From an uncultured Oscillospiraceae bacterium (GTDB lineage Bacteria; Bacillota; Clostridia; Oscillospirales; Oscillospiraceae), in contig CAJTUE010000003.1 in the NCBI GenBank assembly GCA_910579775.1, positions 79,653-143,652 of the forward strand: 64,000 nt of DNA. Reading direction: 5' to 3'. Numbering within the stretch: position 1 is the first letter of the stretch; every line of letters starts with the position of its first letter. The translations under genes were made by a program, and so were the position numbers. The notes below the pieces were generated by a model that saw only the letters and a list, made by a program, of their open reading frames with translations, ran no database searches and was not told where the DNA came from. Shown piece after piece: positions 52,139 to 60,764 of the stretch.

Positions 52139-53026
52139 ATGAAGAACCCGTACAGCACCTATCGTGGCCGCGCCAACTGGCTGCGGCGCATCCTCATCGC
52201 CATTGTCGTGCTTCTGGTCATCGCCCTGGCGGCGGCCATTGTGGGGCTGTTCGTGCTGCCCAACTACGTGGTCTACACTCCCGACGGCCCTCAGCTGGTG
52301 CTCCCCTTCTTTGGCGGCAAGGGGTCCGAGGCCCCCGCGCCCACCCCGGATGTGACCGTGGAACCCAGCGACATCGTCATCGAGACGCCGCCTCCCTCCC
52401 CCTCTCCCACCGTCACCCCGCCGCCTCCCGATTCTCTCCCGCCCCGGCGGGATACGCCCCTGGGCCTGGTGGGCTACGAGTTCCCCCGCTTGCTGGACAG
52501 CTCCGCCAAGGAGAGCCTTGTCAAGGGACGGGGGGCCGTCTTCTCCCTGGAGGGTGCGGACCTGGACGACCCCGACCTCACGGCCGGGCAGTACCCCCTG
52601 GACCTCCCCTACGCCGCCGCCCTGGTTCCCTTTGACCCCGCCGACAGCGAGGCCGCCATCTCCACCTGCCGGACTCTGGCCTATCAGTGCTTTGACGAGG
52701 TCATCCTCACCCTTGCCGAGGACGCCGACCCCTCCGACGAGGACGCCGTTTCCTTCTTCAGCGACCTGGTAGACGCCCTGGCGGACTACCACTTTAACGG
52801 CCGGATCTCCATCGTGGCCGAGAAGGCCCCCTTCCAAAATGACACTGCCCTGGGCCGGGCCATCGCCCAGAAGTTTGACCGGGTGTATGTCCCCGGCGGC
52901 AACTGGGGCGGTCTCAACCTCTACAAATACCTGAAGGACAACGGCTTCCAGGGCACCACCGCCGACATCGTCACCACGGTGAGCAAACCCATCTCCGCCA
53001 ACTACTCCTGGGCGATCCTGCCATGA
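52139..53026 (+). CDS. membrane-anchored extracytoplasmic protein with a Pro-rich linker, unknown function
   Basis: ATG at 52139 after GAAAGGGGTG. One TM helix (ILIAIVVLLVIALAAAIVGLFVL) followed by a PTP/PPP linker. The stop overlaps the next start (ATGA). Confidence 0.5.
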   Translation: MKNPYSTYRGRANWLRRILIAIVVLLVIALAAAIVGLFVLPNYVVYTPDGPQLVLPFFGGKGSEAPAPTPDVTVEPSDIVIETPPPSPSPTVTPPPPDSLPPRRDTPLGLVGYEFPRLLDSSAKESLVKGRGAVFSLEGADLDDPDLTAGQYPLDLPYAAALVPFDPADSEAAISTCRTLAYQCFDEVILTLAEDADPSDEDAVSFFSDLVDALADYHFNGRISIVAEKAPFQNDTALGRAIAQKFDRVYVPGGNWGGLNLYKYLKDNGFQGTTADIVTTVSKPISANYSWAILP

Positions 53027-54063
53027 ACAAAGCATCCTTGACCCGGGAGGGCTGGGCCGACGCTTTGCGGGTGTTTGCCATGATTTCGGTGGTGATGCTC
53101 CACTGCGCCGTGCTTCCCATAGGCACCGAGACCCCCGGCGACGCGCGCTTCTGGGTCATGAACCTGCTGGACGGCGGCGTGCGGTGGGGCGTGCCTGTGT
53201 TCGTGATGCTCTCCGGCGCCTTTTTGCTGGACCCCAAAAAAGAGATGACCACCCGGCAGTGGCTCTCTCACGCAGGCCGTATTGCCCTGCTCACAGTGTT
53301 TTGGGGCGGGGTCTACGCTCTCTACGCCGCCCGTGGCGCGCACATGGGCCTTGAATGGCTGCTGGAGGCGCTGATCTCTCTGGTCACCTGCCGCCTCCAC
53401 TACCATCTTTGGTTTTTGCCCATGCTGCTGGGCCTTTACATACTTCTCCCCATCTTCCGTGCCTTTGTAAAGGGCGCGGATCGAAGGATCCTTTGGTATG
53501 CCGCTATTTTGTGGGTGGTCGCTGTCCCCGGCCTGGACATTCTCTTCTCTCTCTTTCCCAACATCGCCGGGCACGGCTGGTTCACTGCGCTGGATCTGCG
53601 CCACCTCTATGGCTACGGGGGCTATTTCCTCTTTGGTTATCTCCTGCGCACCTGTGAGATACGCCCCAGGCGGGCCTACTGCCTCTATGCCGCCGGGGCC
53701 TTGGGCCTGATCGTCACTTGGTGGACAGCCTACACCGCTTCCGTAGAGCTGGGCCGTTTCTCCGGGGTGCTGTACGCCAACCTCACCTTCAATGTCTGCG
53801 CCACCGCCCTGGCCGTCTTTTTGGCTTTCCGTCACTTTGATCTGGGCAAGCGACCCTTCTGGGCAAAGCTCTCCACCCTGTCTCTTGGGGTGTTTGTTCT
53901 CCATCCTCTTTTCATTGACTGGACCGTCTACCTCGGCTTTCCGCCGGACGCCTGGAACTTGGCGCTTTCCATCCCCTTGCGCTGTCTGACTGTCACTGTG
54001 CTGTCCCTGGCGGCTGCGTGGCTCATCCGCAAGCTCCCCCGGGTTGGAAAACTTATCGCGTGA
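53023..54063 (+). CDS. acyltransferase family 3 membrane protein
   Basis: 346 aa with about 10 TM helices. N-terminus ..WADALRVFAMISVVMLHC... Confidence 0.75.
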   Translation: MNKASLTREGWADALRVFAMISVVMLHCAVLPIGTETPGDARFWVMNLLDGGVRWGVPVFVMLSGAFLLDPKKEMTTRQWLSHAGRIALLTVFWGGVYALYAARGAHMGLEWLLEALISLVTCRLHYHLWFLPMLLGLYILLPIFRAFVKGADRRILWYAAILWVVAVPGLDILFSLFPNIAGHGWFTALDLRHLYGYGGYFLFGYLLRTCEIRPRRAYCLYAAGALGLIVTWWTAYTASVELGRFSGVLYANLTFNVCATALAVFLAFRHFDLGKRPFWAKLSTLSLGVFVLHPLFIDWTVYLGFPPDAWNLALSIPLRCLTVTVLSLAAAWLIRKLPRVGKLIA

Positions 54064-54075
54064 GGTCAATACATC

Positions 54076-55506
54076 ATGCTATTCTCTTCTCCCATCTTTC
54101 TCTTCGCCTTTCTCCCCATCGTTCTGGCTGTCTACTATGGCCCCCTGCGCAGTACGCGCCGGGGGCAAAATCTGTTTCTCCTGATCGCCTCGCTGTTCTT
54201 CTATGGCTGGGCCGAACCGGCCTTTGCCTTGGTAATGGTCGGAAGCATTCTGCTCAATTACAGCTTGGGCCTGTGGGCGGCGTGGCTGCGGCGGAAGAAG
54301 AAGTCCACCGTTCCGGCGGTGGCGGTGGCGGCTGTGTGTAACCTCTCGCTGCTTTTCGTGTTCAAGTATCTCACCTTTGTTTTGGCCAATCTGCGCAGTC
54401 TGGGCGCCAACGTCCCTCTGTGGGACATCGTTCTCCCCGTGGGCATTTCCTTCTTTACCTTTCAGGCCCTCAGCTATGTGTTGGATGTGGCCCGGGGGGA
54501 CGCCCCCTGCCAGAAAAACCCCCTCCATGTGGGGCTTTACATCGCCTTTTTCCCTCAGCTTATTGCCGGGCCCATCGTGAAATACCGCACGGTGGCCGAA
54601 CAGATCCAAAACCGCCGGGAGACCTGGGAACATTTCTCCCAAGGGTGTTATCGCTTTCTCATTGGCCTGGGCAAGAAGGTCCTGCTTTCCAACCAGCTGG
54701 CCGTCATTGCCGACGCCGCCTTCGGAACCGGCGGACCGGACTCTGTTGCCATGGCTTGGCTGGGCTCCCTCTGCTACACCCTGCAGATCTTCTTTGACTT
54801 CGGCGGCTACTCGGACATGGCCATCGGCTTGGGAAAAATGTTCGGCTTTCAGTTTTTGGAGAACTTCCGCTATCCCTATCTGGCCGCTTCCCCCAGCGAC
54901 TTCTGGAAGCGGTGGCACATCTCCCTGAGCACTTGGTTTCGCGACTACGTCTACATTCCCCTGGGAGGCAACCGCAAGGGGAAGTACCGCACCATCCTCA
55001 ACATGTTCCTGGTCTGGCTTCTCACTGGGATCTGGCACGGGGCCAACTGGACCTTTATCCTCTGGGGACTCACTTGGTTCGTCGCCCTGGCCTGCCAGCG
55101 GCTTCTGCCGGACCGGAATGTCTGCCTTCCTCTGTGGCTGCGCCGGGTTCTTACCCTTCTGCTGGTCAACGCCACCTGGGTCCTTTTCCGGGCGGACAGC
55201 GTGGGGGACGCCTTCTCCTTTTTGGGGACCATGTTTCTCTGGAACGCTCCGCCTCTCTGGAGCGTACAGGCCGGCTATTACCTGGCCCAAAACGTGGTTG
55301 TTCTGGCAGCGGCAGCTCTGGCCTGCGCTCCCACCGCCACCTGGCTGCGAGGCAGGCTTGCCCACCTGTCCGCACGCAACGCCCTCCCCGCCCTTCTAAA
55401 CGCGTGGGACGCCCTGTGCGCCGTCGCCACCGTGTGCATCCTTCTCGTCTCCGCCGCTTACTTGGTGAAGGGAACGTATAACCCGTTTATTTATTTTAAT
55501 TTCTAA
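54076..55506 (+). CDS. MBOAT-family O-acyltransferase (AlgI/DltB/PatA-like)
   Basis: 476 aa. MLFSSPIFLFAFLPIVLAVYY.. and the conserved His region FWKRWHISLSTWFRDYVYIPLGGNR. Confidence 0.9.
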   Translation: MLFSSPIFLFAFLPIVLAVYYGPLRSTRRGQNLFLLIASLFFYGWAEPAFALVMVGSILLNYSLGLWAAWLRRKKKSTVPAVAVAAVCNLSLLFVFKYLTFVLANLRSLGANVPLWDIVLPVGISFFTFQALSYVLDVARGDAPCQKNPLHVGLYIAFFPQLIAGPIVKYRTVAEQIQNRRETWEHFSQGCYRFLIGLGKKVLLSNQLAVIADAAFGTGGPDSVAMAWLGSLCYTLQIFFDFGGYSDMAIGLGKMFGFQFLENFRYPYLAASPSDFWKRWHISLSTWFRDYVYIPLGGNRKGKYRTILNMFLVWLLTGIWHGANWTFILWGLTWFVALACQRLLPDRNVCLPLWLRRVLTLLLVNATWVLFRADSVGDAFSFLGTMFLWNAPPLWSVQAGYYLAQNVVVLAAAALACAPTATWLRGRLAHLSARNALPALLNAWDALCAVATVCILLVSAAYLVKGTYNPFIYFNF

Positions 55507-55644
55507 GATGCTCAGGCCGGGGAACCCGGCTTTCCGTAAATTCTCGGCCTGCGGCCTCAAATTTACGCACCTGCTGGCGCGTCCCCGCTCTCGCGGGTGC
55601 CCTCCGGATATTCTACCGAAACCTACAAGGAAGGAGGTTCCTGA

Positions 55645-57030
55645 ATGAATTGGAAATACAGACTCAAGCGGCTGGTCACCAACCGATTTTCCCTGTCCGC
55701 CGCGCTGTTTCTGGCGGTGATCGTCTTCGGGGCCTTCTCCGCTTTGTTCGGTGTGCTGGACAACTCCACCGCCTGCACCGGTTTTGCCCAGCCTTCCCTA
55801 CTCAAGCAAGACCCCTCTCTTCCTCACCACGTAGCCGCCTACCGTTCTCTCAGCGCCGGCGCTCTGAACGCCCCCGCCCCCATAGAGGAGTGGCCTGACC
55901 GCTTTTCTCAAAAAACCGCCGCCGCAGAGGACGCCGTCCAGGCCGCCCTCACTGACCAGCGTGCCCTCATCCAGCTCTACGGCGGCTTCCAGGCCCTCAC
56001 CGGCCGCACAGTAGTAGAGGACGTGGACCCCGCCAGCACCGTGGTGCGTCTGGGCAACGGTTCCCTCTCCTTTGTGGCCTCCGGCGACCCTGACCCCGCC
56101 GCCCAGGCCGCGTCCCTCAAGCGTCTTCAGCGCGCTCTGGACAACCGGGACATCCCACTGCTCTATCTCCAGGCTCCCTCCAAGATCACAGCCGACAGCG
56201 ACCTGCCCTACGGCGTGGAGGACAGCTCCAACCAAAACGCCGACGACCTACTGGCCTCTCTGGACGAGGCCGGGGTGGACTATCTGGACTTCCGCCAGAC
56301 CCTGCGCAACGCCGGGGGGCCCTGGAAGAACTGGTTCTACGCCACCGACCACCACTGGACCCAGGAGGGGGCCTTCCAGGCCTTCCGCACTCTGTGCGAC
56401 AAGCTGGACGACTACGACCAGACCCTCTCCGCCGCCCGCGGCATCAAACGCCGCCCCATCTCCATAGATCCGAAATGGACCGACCGGGCAAGCTACCAAA
56501 TCAACACTCTCCCCTCCTTCTTCCTCGGCAGTCAGGGCAAGCGGGTGGGTTCCCTCTACGCCGGGATGGACGACTTTGCCCTCTGGGTCCCCGACTCCCC
56601 CACCCTTCTGCGCTACGACGCCACCGACCCCGTCTCCCACGGCGACGCGGAGGACACCGTGCTCTTCCCCGAGCGCCTGGAGGAAACAGACCCCTTTGCC
56701 GCAAATCCCTACACCTACTACGCCGGCGGAGACTACGGCGCCGCCCGGATCAAGAATTACTATAATCCCCAGGGCCCCAAGGTCCTGCTCATCCGCGATT
56801 CCTTTGCCTGTGCGCTCACCCCCTATTTGGCCTATGCCTGCGCCGAGGTCACCACCGTCGACCCCCGCTACTTCTCCGGCGACCTGCTCTCCTATGTAGA
56901 CTGGGTCCAGCCCGACGTGGTGCTGGTGTTATATTCCTCCGGCATGGTGCGCTCTGAGGACTATTACCGTCTTTTGTCCCAACCCTCCGCTCCCTCCAAG
57001 GGGGACGTTCTGCGCTGGAAGCAGGGCTGA
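55645..57030 (+). CDS. DHHW-family / AlgX-AlgJ-like extracytoplasmic acyltransferase partner
   Basis: 461 aa with an N-terminal TM helix and the diagnostic FYATDHHWTQEGAF motif. It lies immediately downstream of the MBOAT gene. Confidence 0.8.
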   Translation: MNWKYRLKRLVTNRFSLSAALFLAVIVFGAFSALFGVLDNSTACTGFAQPSLLKQDPSLPHHVAAYRSLSAGALNAPAPIEEWPDRFSQKTAAAEDAVQAALTDQRALIQLYGGFQALTGRTVVEDVDPASTVVRLGNGSLSFVASGDPDPAAQAASLKRLQRALDNRDIPLLYLQAPSKITADSDLPYGVEDSSNQNADDLLASLDEAGVDYLDFRQTLRNAGGPWKNWFYATDHHWTQEGAFQAFRTLCDKLDDYDQTLSAARGIKRRPISIDPKWTDRASYQINTLPSFFLGSQGKRVGSLYAGMDDFALWVPDSPTLLRYDATDPVSHGDAEDTVLFPERLEETDPFAANPYTYYAGGDYGAARIKNYYNPQGPKVLLIRDSFACALTPYLAYACAEVTTVDPRYFSGDLLSYVDWVQPDVVLVLYSSGMVRSEDYYRLLSQPSAPSKGDVLRWKQG

Positions 57031-57053
57031 GGTAAACTTTTTGTGAACAAGCC

Positions 57054-57082
57054 TTGCTTTTTGGAAACAGATGGAGTATGAT
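57054..57082 (+). promoter_or_regulatory. candidate htpG promoter
   Basis: TTGCTT - 17 nt - TATGAT, ending 5 nt before the CIRCE element. Confidence 0.55.
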
Positions 57083-57087
57083 ATGGG

Positions 57088-57114
57088 TTAGCACTCAGTC
57101 TTTTAGAGTGCTAA
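57088..57114. promoter_or_regulatory. CIRCE operator (HrcA binding site)
   Basis: TTAGCACTC-agtctttta-GAGTGCTAA is a perfect match to TTAGCACTC-N9-GAGTGCTAA. The palindrome extends to atggg..cccat (57084-57118). Confidence 0.9.
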
Positions 57115-57140
57115 CCCATCTTGCTTTAGGAGGCAGACCC

Positions 57141-59048
57141 ATGGCAAAGAAGCAATTCAAGACAGAATCCAAGCGTCTCTTGGACCTGATGGTCAACTCC
57201 ATCTACACCCATAAGGACATTTTCCTGCGGGAGCTGGTCTCCAACGCCAGTGACGCCATCGACAAGCTGGCCTATCTGGCCCTCACCGACGAAAAGGTAG
57301 GACTGAACCGCGGGGACTTTCAAATCACCCTGGTCCCCGACAAAGCCAGCCGCACCCTCACCATCTCAGACAACGGCATGGGCATGACGGCCGAAGATCT
57401 GGAGAAGAACCTGGGCACCATTGCCAAAAGCGGCTCTTTACAATTCAAGCAGGCGCTGGACGAGGGAGAGGCCAAGGACGTGGACATTATCGGACAGTTC
57501 GGCGTAGGCTTTTACTCCGCGTTCATGGTGGCCGACGAGGTCACCGTCACCTCCCGGGCCTACGGAGAGCCCGACGCCCACCGCTGGCACTCCAAGGGAG
57601 CGGACGGCTATACTGTGGACGACGCCCAGCGGGACGCCCCCGGCACCGACGTCGTGTTGAAGCTGAAGGAAAACGCTGACGGAGAGGACTATGACCGCTA
57701 CCTGGACCCCCATGTCCTCATGGGCCTGGTGAAAAAGCACTCCGACTACATCCGCTACCCCATCCGTATGGAGCTGGAGCACACTCACGAGCTGCCCCGC
57801 CCCGATGACGCCGGAGACGACTATAAACCCCAGTACGAGACCCACCGTGAGTGGGAGACGCTGAACTCCATGCAGCCCCTTTGGAACCGCCCTAAAAAGG
57901 ACGTGACCAAGGAGGAATATGACCAATTCTATCAGGAGAAGTTTGGTGACTGGCAGCCGCCCCTGGCGGTGACCCACCTTGCCGCCGAGGGGGCGGTGAG
58001 CTACAAGGCCCTGCTCTATATCCCCGCCCAGGCTCCCTACGACTACTTTACCCGGGACTTTGAAAAAGGCCTGCAGCTCTATTCCTCCGGGGTTCTCATC
58101 ATGGACAAGTGCGGAGAATTGCTCCCCGAGCACTTCCGCTTCGTCCGGGGGGTGGTGGACTCTCCCGACTTCTCTCTGAATATTTCCCGTGAAATTCTGC
58201 AGCAGGACCGCCAGCTCACCGCCATTGCCGCCAATCTGGAGAAGAAGATCAAGGCGGAGCTGGAAAAGCTGTTGAAGGATGACCGGGAAAAATACCTCAC
58301 CTTCTGGAAGGCCTTCGGCCCCCAGCTGAAGTACGGCGTAGTCAACGAGTTTGGCGTCCACAAGGACCTTTTGAAGGACCTGCTGCTGTTCTGGTCCTCC
58401 AAGTCCGAAGGGATGTCTACTCTCCGGGAGTACCGCGACCGGATGTCCGAGAGCCAGCAGTTCATCTACTACGTCCGGGGAGAGAGCAAGGAGAAGGCCG
58501 CCGCCCTGCCCCAGACCGAGCGCATTCTGGATGCGGGCTTTGAGGTCCTGTACCTTACCGAGGACATCGACGAGTTTGCGATCCAGACCTTGAATGACTA
58601 CGACGGCAAGGTTTTCAAGTCGGTCTCCGACCCCGGAGCTCTTCCCGAGACCGATGCCCAAAAGGCGGAGGCTGAGAAGCAGAGCGAGGAAGCCAAGCCC
58701 CTGCTGGACTTCTGCAAGGAGACCCTGGGCGAGGCGGTCAAGGAGGTGCGGGTGTCCCGTATCCTAAAGTCCGCTCCCGTGTGCATGACTGCCGGAGGGC
58801 CCATGTCCTTTGAGATGGAGCGGTATTTTGAGAAGGTGGAGGGTCAGGCCCCCATGAAGGCGGAGCGGGTCCTGGAGCTGAACCTGGACCACCCCGCCGT
58901 AAAAGCCCTTCAGGCCGCCCTGGGCAGCGACAAGGAAAAGGCGGAAAAGTACGTCAAGCTCCTGCACGCCCAGGCTTGTCTTGCCGCCGGGCTGGAACTG
59001 ACCGATGTGGCGGAATACACCGAACTGGTGTGCTCGCTGATGGAGTGA
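57141..59048 (+). CDS. htpG: molecular chaperone HtpG (Hsp90)
   Basis: ATG at 57141 after TAGGAGG. ..FKTESKRLLDLMVNSIYTHKDIFLRELVSNASDAIDK.. and GQFGVGFYSAF. 635 aa. Confidence 0.95.
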   Translation: MAKKQFKTESKRLLDLMVNSIYTHKDIFLRELVSNASDAIDKLAYLALTDEKVGLNRGDFQITLVPDKASRTLTISDNGMGMTAEDLEKNLGTIAKSGSLQFKQALDEGEAKDVDIIGQFGVGFYSAFMVADEVTVTSRAYGEPDAHRWHSKGADGYTVDDAQRDAPGTDVVLKLKENADGEDYDRYLDPHVLMGLVKKHSDYIRYPIRMELEHTHELPRPDDAGDDYKPQYETHREWETLNSMQPLWNRPKKDVTKEEYDQFYQEKFGDWQPPLAVTHLAAEGAVSYKALLYIPAQAPYDYFTRDFEKGLQLYSSGVLIMDKCGELLPEHFRFVRGVVDSPDFSLNISREILQQDRQLTAIAANLEKKIKAELEKLLKDDREKYLTFWKAFGPQLKYGVVNEFGVHKDLLKDLLLFWSSKSEGMSTLREYRDRMSESQQFIYYVRGESKEKAAALPQTERILDAGFEVLYLTEDIDEFAIQTLNDYDGKVFKSVSDPGALPETDAQKAEAEKQSEEAKPLLDFCKETLGEAVKEVRVSRILKSAPVCMTAGGPMSFEMERYFEKVEGQAPMKAERVLELNLDHPAVKALQAALGSDKEKAEKYVKLLHAQACLAAGLELTDVAEYTELVCSLME

Positions 59049-59071
59049 CCTTCAAACGCATCTGATACGTC

Positions 59072-59102
59072 AAAGGGACGGCTCAATTTGAGCCGTCCCT
59101 TT
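59072..59102 (+). terminator. htpG terminator of the GGGACGGCTC type
   Basis: aaagggacggctc - aattt - gagccgtcccttt. Confidence 0.8.
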
Positions 59103-59172
59103 CTGTTCCCGCCTTGCCTTTTGGCCGGGGCCATGGTATGATAGGTAAAATACCATTCAAGGAGGGCACGCC

Positions 59173-60003
59173 ATGAGCCGCGCCGACGAAATTTTTCTCC
59201 AAAACTGCCGGGACATCCTGGACCGCGGGGTTTGGGACACCGACCTCGCCGTGCGGCCCCGCTGGCAGGACGGGACCCCCGCACACACCGTCAAGCTTTT
59301 CGGCGTTGTCAACCGCTACGACCTGCGAGAGGAATTTCCCATCCTCACCGTACGCAAGCAGTACCTGAAAAGCGCCATCGACGAGCTGCTGTGGATCTGG
59401 CAGAAGAAATCCAACAACATCGCCGACCTCAGCAGTCATGTGTGGGACTCCTGGGCGGATGAAACGGGCTCCATCGGCAAGGCCTACGGCTACCAGCTGG
59501 GGGTGCCCTATGACTTTCCCGAGGGCCGCATGGACCAGGTGGACTGGATCTTGAAGACCCTGCGGGAAAACCCTGCCTCCCGCCGCATGGTGACCAATCT
59601 TTTTAACCACCACGATCTGAAGGATATGGCTCTCCAGCCCTGCGCCTACTCCATGACCTTTAACGTCTCGGGCAATGTGCTCAACGGCATTTTGAACCAG
59701 CGCAGTCAGGACATGCTCACCGCCAACGGCTGGAACGTGATGCAGTACGCCGCTTTGCTCATGATGTTCGCCCAGGTCTCCGGTCTGGTCCCCGGCGAGC
59801 TGGTCCACGTCATCGCTGACTGCCACATATACGACCGCCATGTGCCCATTGTGGAGGAATTGCTCAAACGAGAGTCCTATCCCACCCCTAAGGTGACCCT
59901 GGACCCCACCGTCACCGATTTCTATTCCTTTACCAAACAGTCCTTCACCGTGGAGGGCTACCAAGCCCACGACCTGAACACCCCCATTGAAGTGGCGGTG
60001 TGA
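59173..60003 (+). CDS. thyA: thymidylate synthase (ThyA)
   Basis: 276 aa. ..LLWIWQKKSNN.., ..RRMVTNLFNHHDL..LQPCAYSMTF.. (catalytic Cys) and ..QRSQDM... Confidence 0.9.
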   Translation: MSRADEIFLQNCRDILDRGVWDTDLAVRPRWQDGTPAHTVKLFGVVNRYDLREEFPILTVRKQYLKSAIDELLWIWQKKSNNIADLSSHVWDSWADETGSIGKAYGYQLGVPYDFPEGRMDQVDWILKTLRENPASRRMVTNLFNHHDLKDMALQPCAYSMTFNVSGNVLNGILNQRSQDMLTANGWNVMQYAALLMMFAQVSGLVPGELVHVIADCHIYDRHVPIVEELLKRESYPTPKVTLDPTVTDFYSFTKQSFTVEGYQAHDLNTPIEVAV

Positions 60004-60023
60004 AGAAAGAACACATAACACAT

Positions 60024-60054
60024 AAAAGAGACGGCTCAACGAGCCGTCTCTTTT
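60024..60054. terminator. bidirectional terminator, a variant of the same hairpin family
   Basis: aaaagagacggctc - aac - gagccgtctctttt. Confidence 0.8.
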
Positions 60055-60226
60055 ATTCATCAGGGATATAAAGCCAAACATCCTCCACGCGGCAGTCCAG
60101 CATGTTGCAAAGATCGTTGAGTGTGGCAGTGGAAATGTTGCGTCCCTGCTTGAGAGAATCCAACGTTCCTCGGCTAAAGGAATATTGTTTGAGCAAGGTA
60201 TATGTGGTGATCCCTTTGCGCTTCAT
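60053..60226 (-). CDS. short HTH (Cro/C1-like) transcriptional regulator
   Basis: MKRKGITTYTLLKQYSFSRGTLDSLKQGRNISTATLNDLCNMLDCRVEDV.. The internal ATG is preferred. The ORF-track start at 60295 cannot be excluded. Confidence 0.6.
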   Translation of the reverse strand: MKRKGITTYTLLKQYSFSRGTLDSLKQGRNISTATLNDLCNMLDCRVEDVWLYIPDE

Positions 60227-60306
60227 GGTCGCCCATAACGGTTTTATGAAATAATTGCAATCACCTACCTTTATAACTTTAATTATATTTTGCATAAGTG
60301 GGGTTG

Positions 60307-60332
60307 AGCATTCCCGATATATCTGGAATGCT
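60307..60332. promoter_or_regulatory. 26-bp near-perfect palindrome, candidate operator
   Basis: agcattcc-c-gatatatc-t-ggaatgct, with only the c/t pair mismatched. It lies between the divergent HTH and small-Cys genes. Confidence 0.5.
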
Positions 60333-60384
60333 GTGTGTGAAGGTCGTGCGCGATCTCCTGCCCATAAAGAAATGAGGTGATATT

Positions 60385-60575
60385 ATGCAAAGAATGCCAA
60401 AGCCCATGGTGCAGGCCGCGGTGTGCGGGACTTGCGCCCACTACCACCAGCACTATGTTCTGGGCGGCAAAAAATTTGTGCCGCTGTGGTACGGCCACTG
60501 CGTCGCATCCAAGCTGAAGGACCGGATCCTGACCAGACCTGCGAGCGCTGGGAGGAAAACCACAGCGAGGAATGA
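60385..60575 (+). pseudogene. paralogue of the small CxxC/GHC protein, apparently frameshifted
   Basis: MQRMPKPMVQAAVCGTCAHYHQHYV..PLWYGHC is in the annotated frame. The conserved C-terminal PDQTCERWEENHSEE-stop (TGA 60573-60575) is in the -1 frame. The spacer between GHC and (E/Q)TC is 32 nt here and 33 nt in the 38878 copy. Confidence 0.5.
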
Positions 60576-60598
60576 AACGTCCCATAGCAACAACGATA

Positions 60599-60647
60599 GA
60601 GGGACGGTTTTCTCTGTCGGGCCCTTTCCGACAGGAGAACCGTCCTC
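60599..60647 (+). terminator. long hairpin after the small-Cys paralogue
   Basis: gagggacggttttctctgtcgg - gcccttt - ccgacaggagaaccgtcctc. Confidence 0.65.
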
Positions 60648-60764
60648 ACGTTCCGGGAGGGGCAAGCCACTCCCCTACATCACCTATGGTAACGTTCGTG
60701 TCCATAGGGGCGGGGCTTGCCCTGCCCGCCGATTCTCATCTGCCCTTCGTAGGGCCGGGTTTGG
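60648..60764. repeat. GC-rich repeat remnants related to the 39.1-39.65 kb array
   Basis: ttccgggaggggcaagccactcccctac resembles ttccgggcggggcaagccccgcccctac (39583-39610). ccttcgtagggcc resembles ccttcgtagggcg (39401-39413). Also contains ggggcggggcttgccctgccc. Confidence 0.55.
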
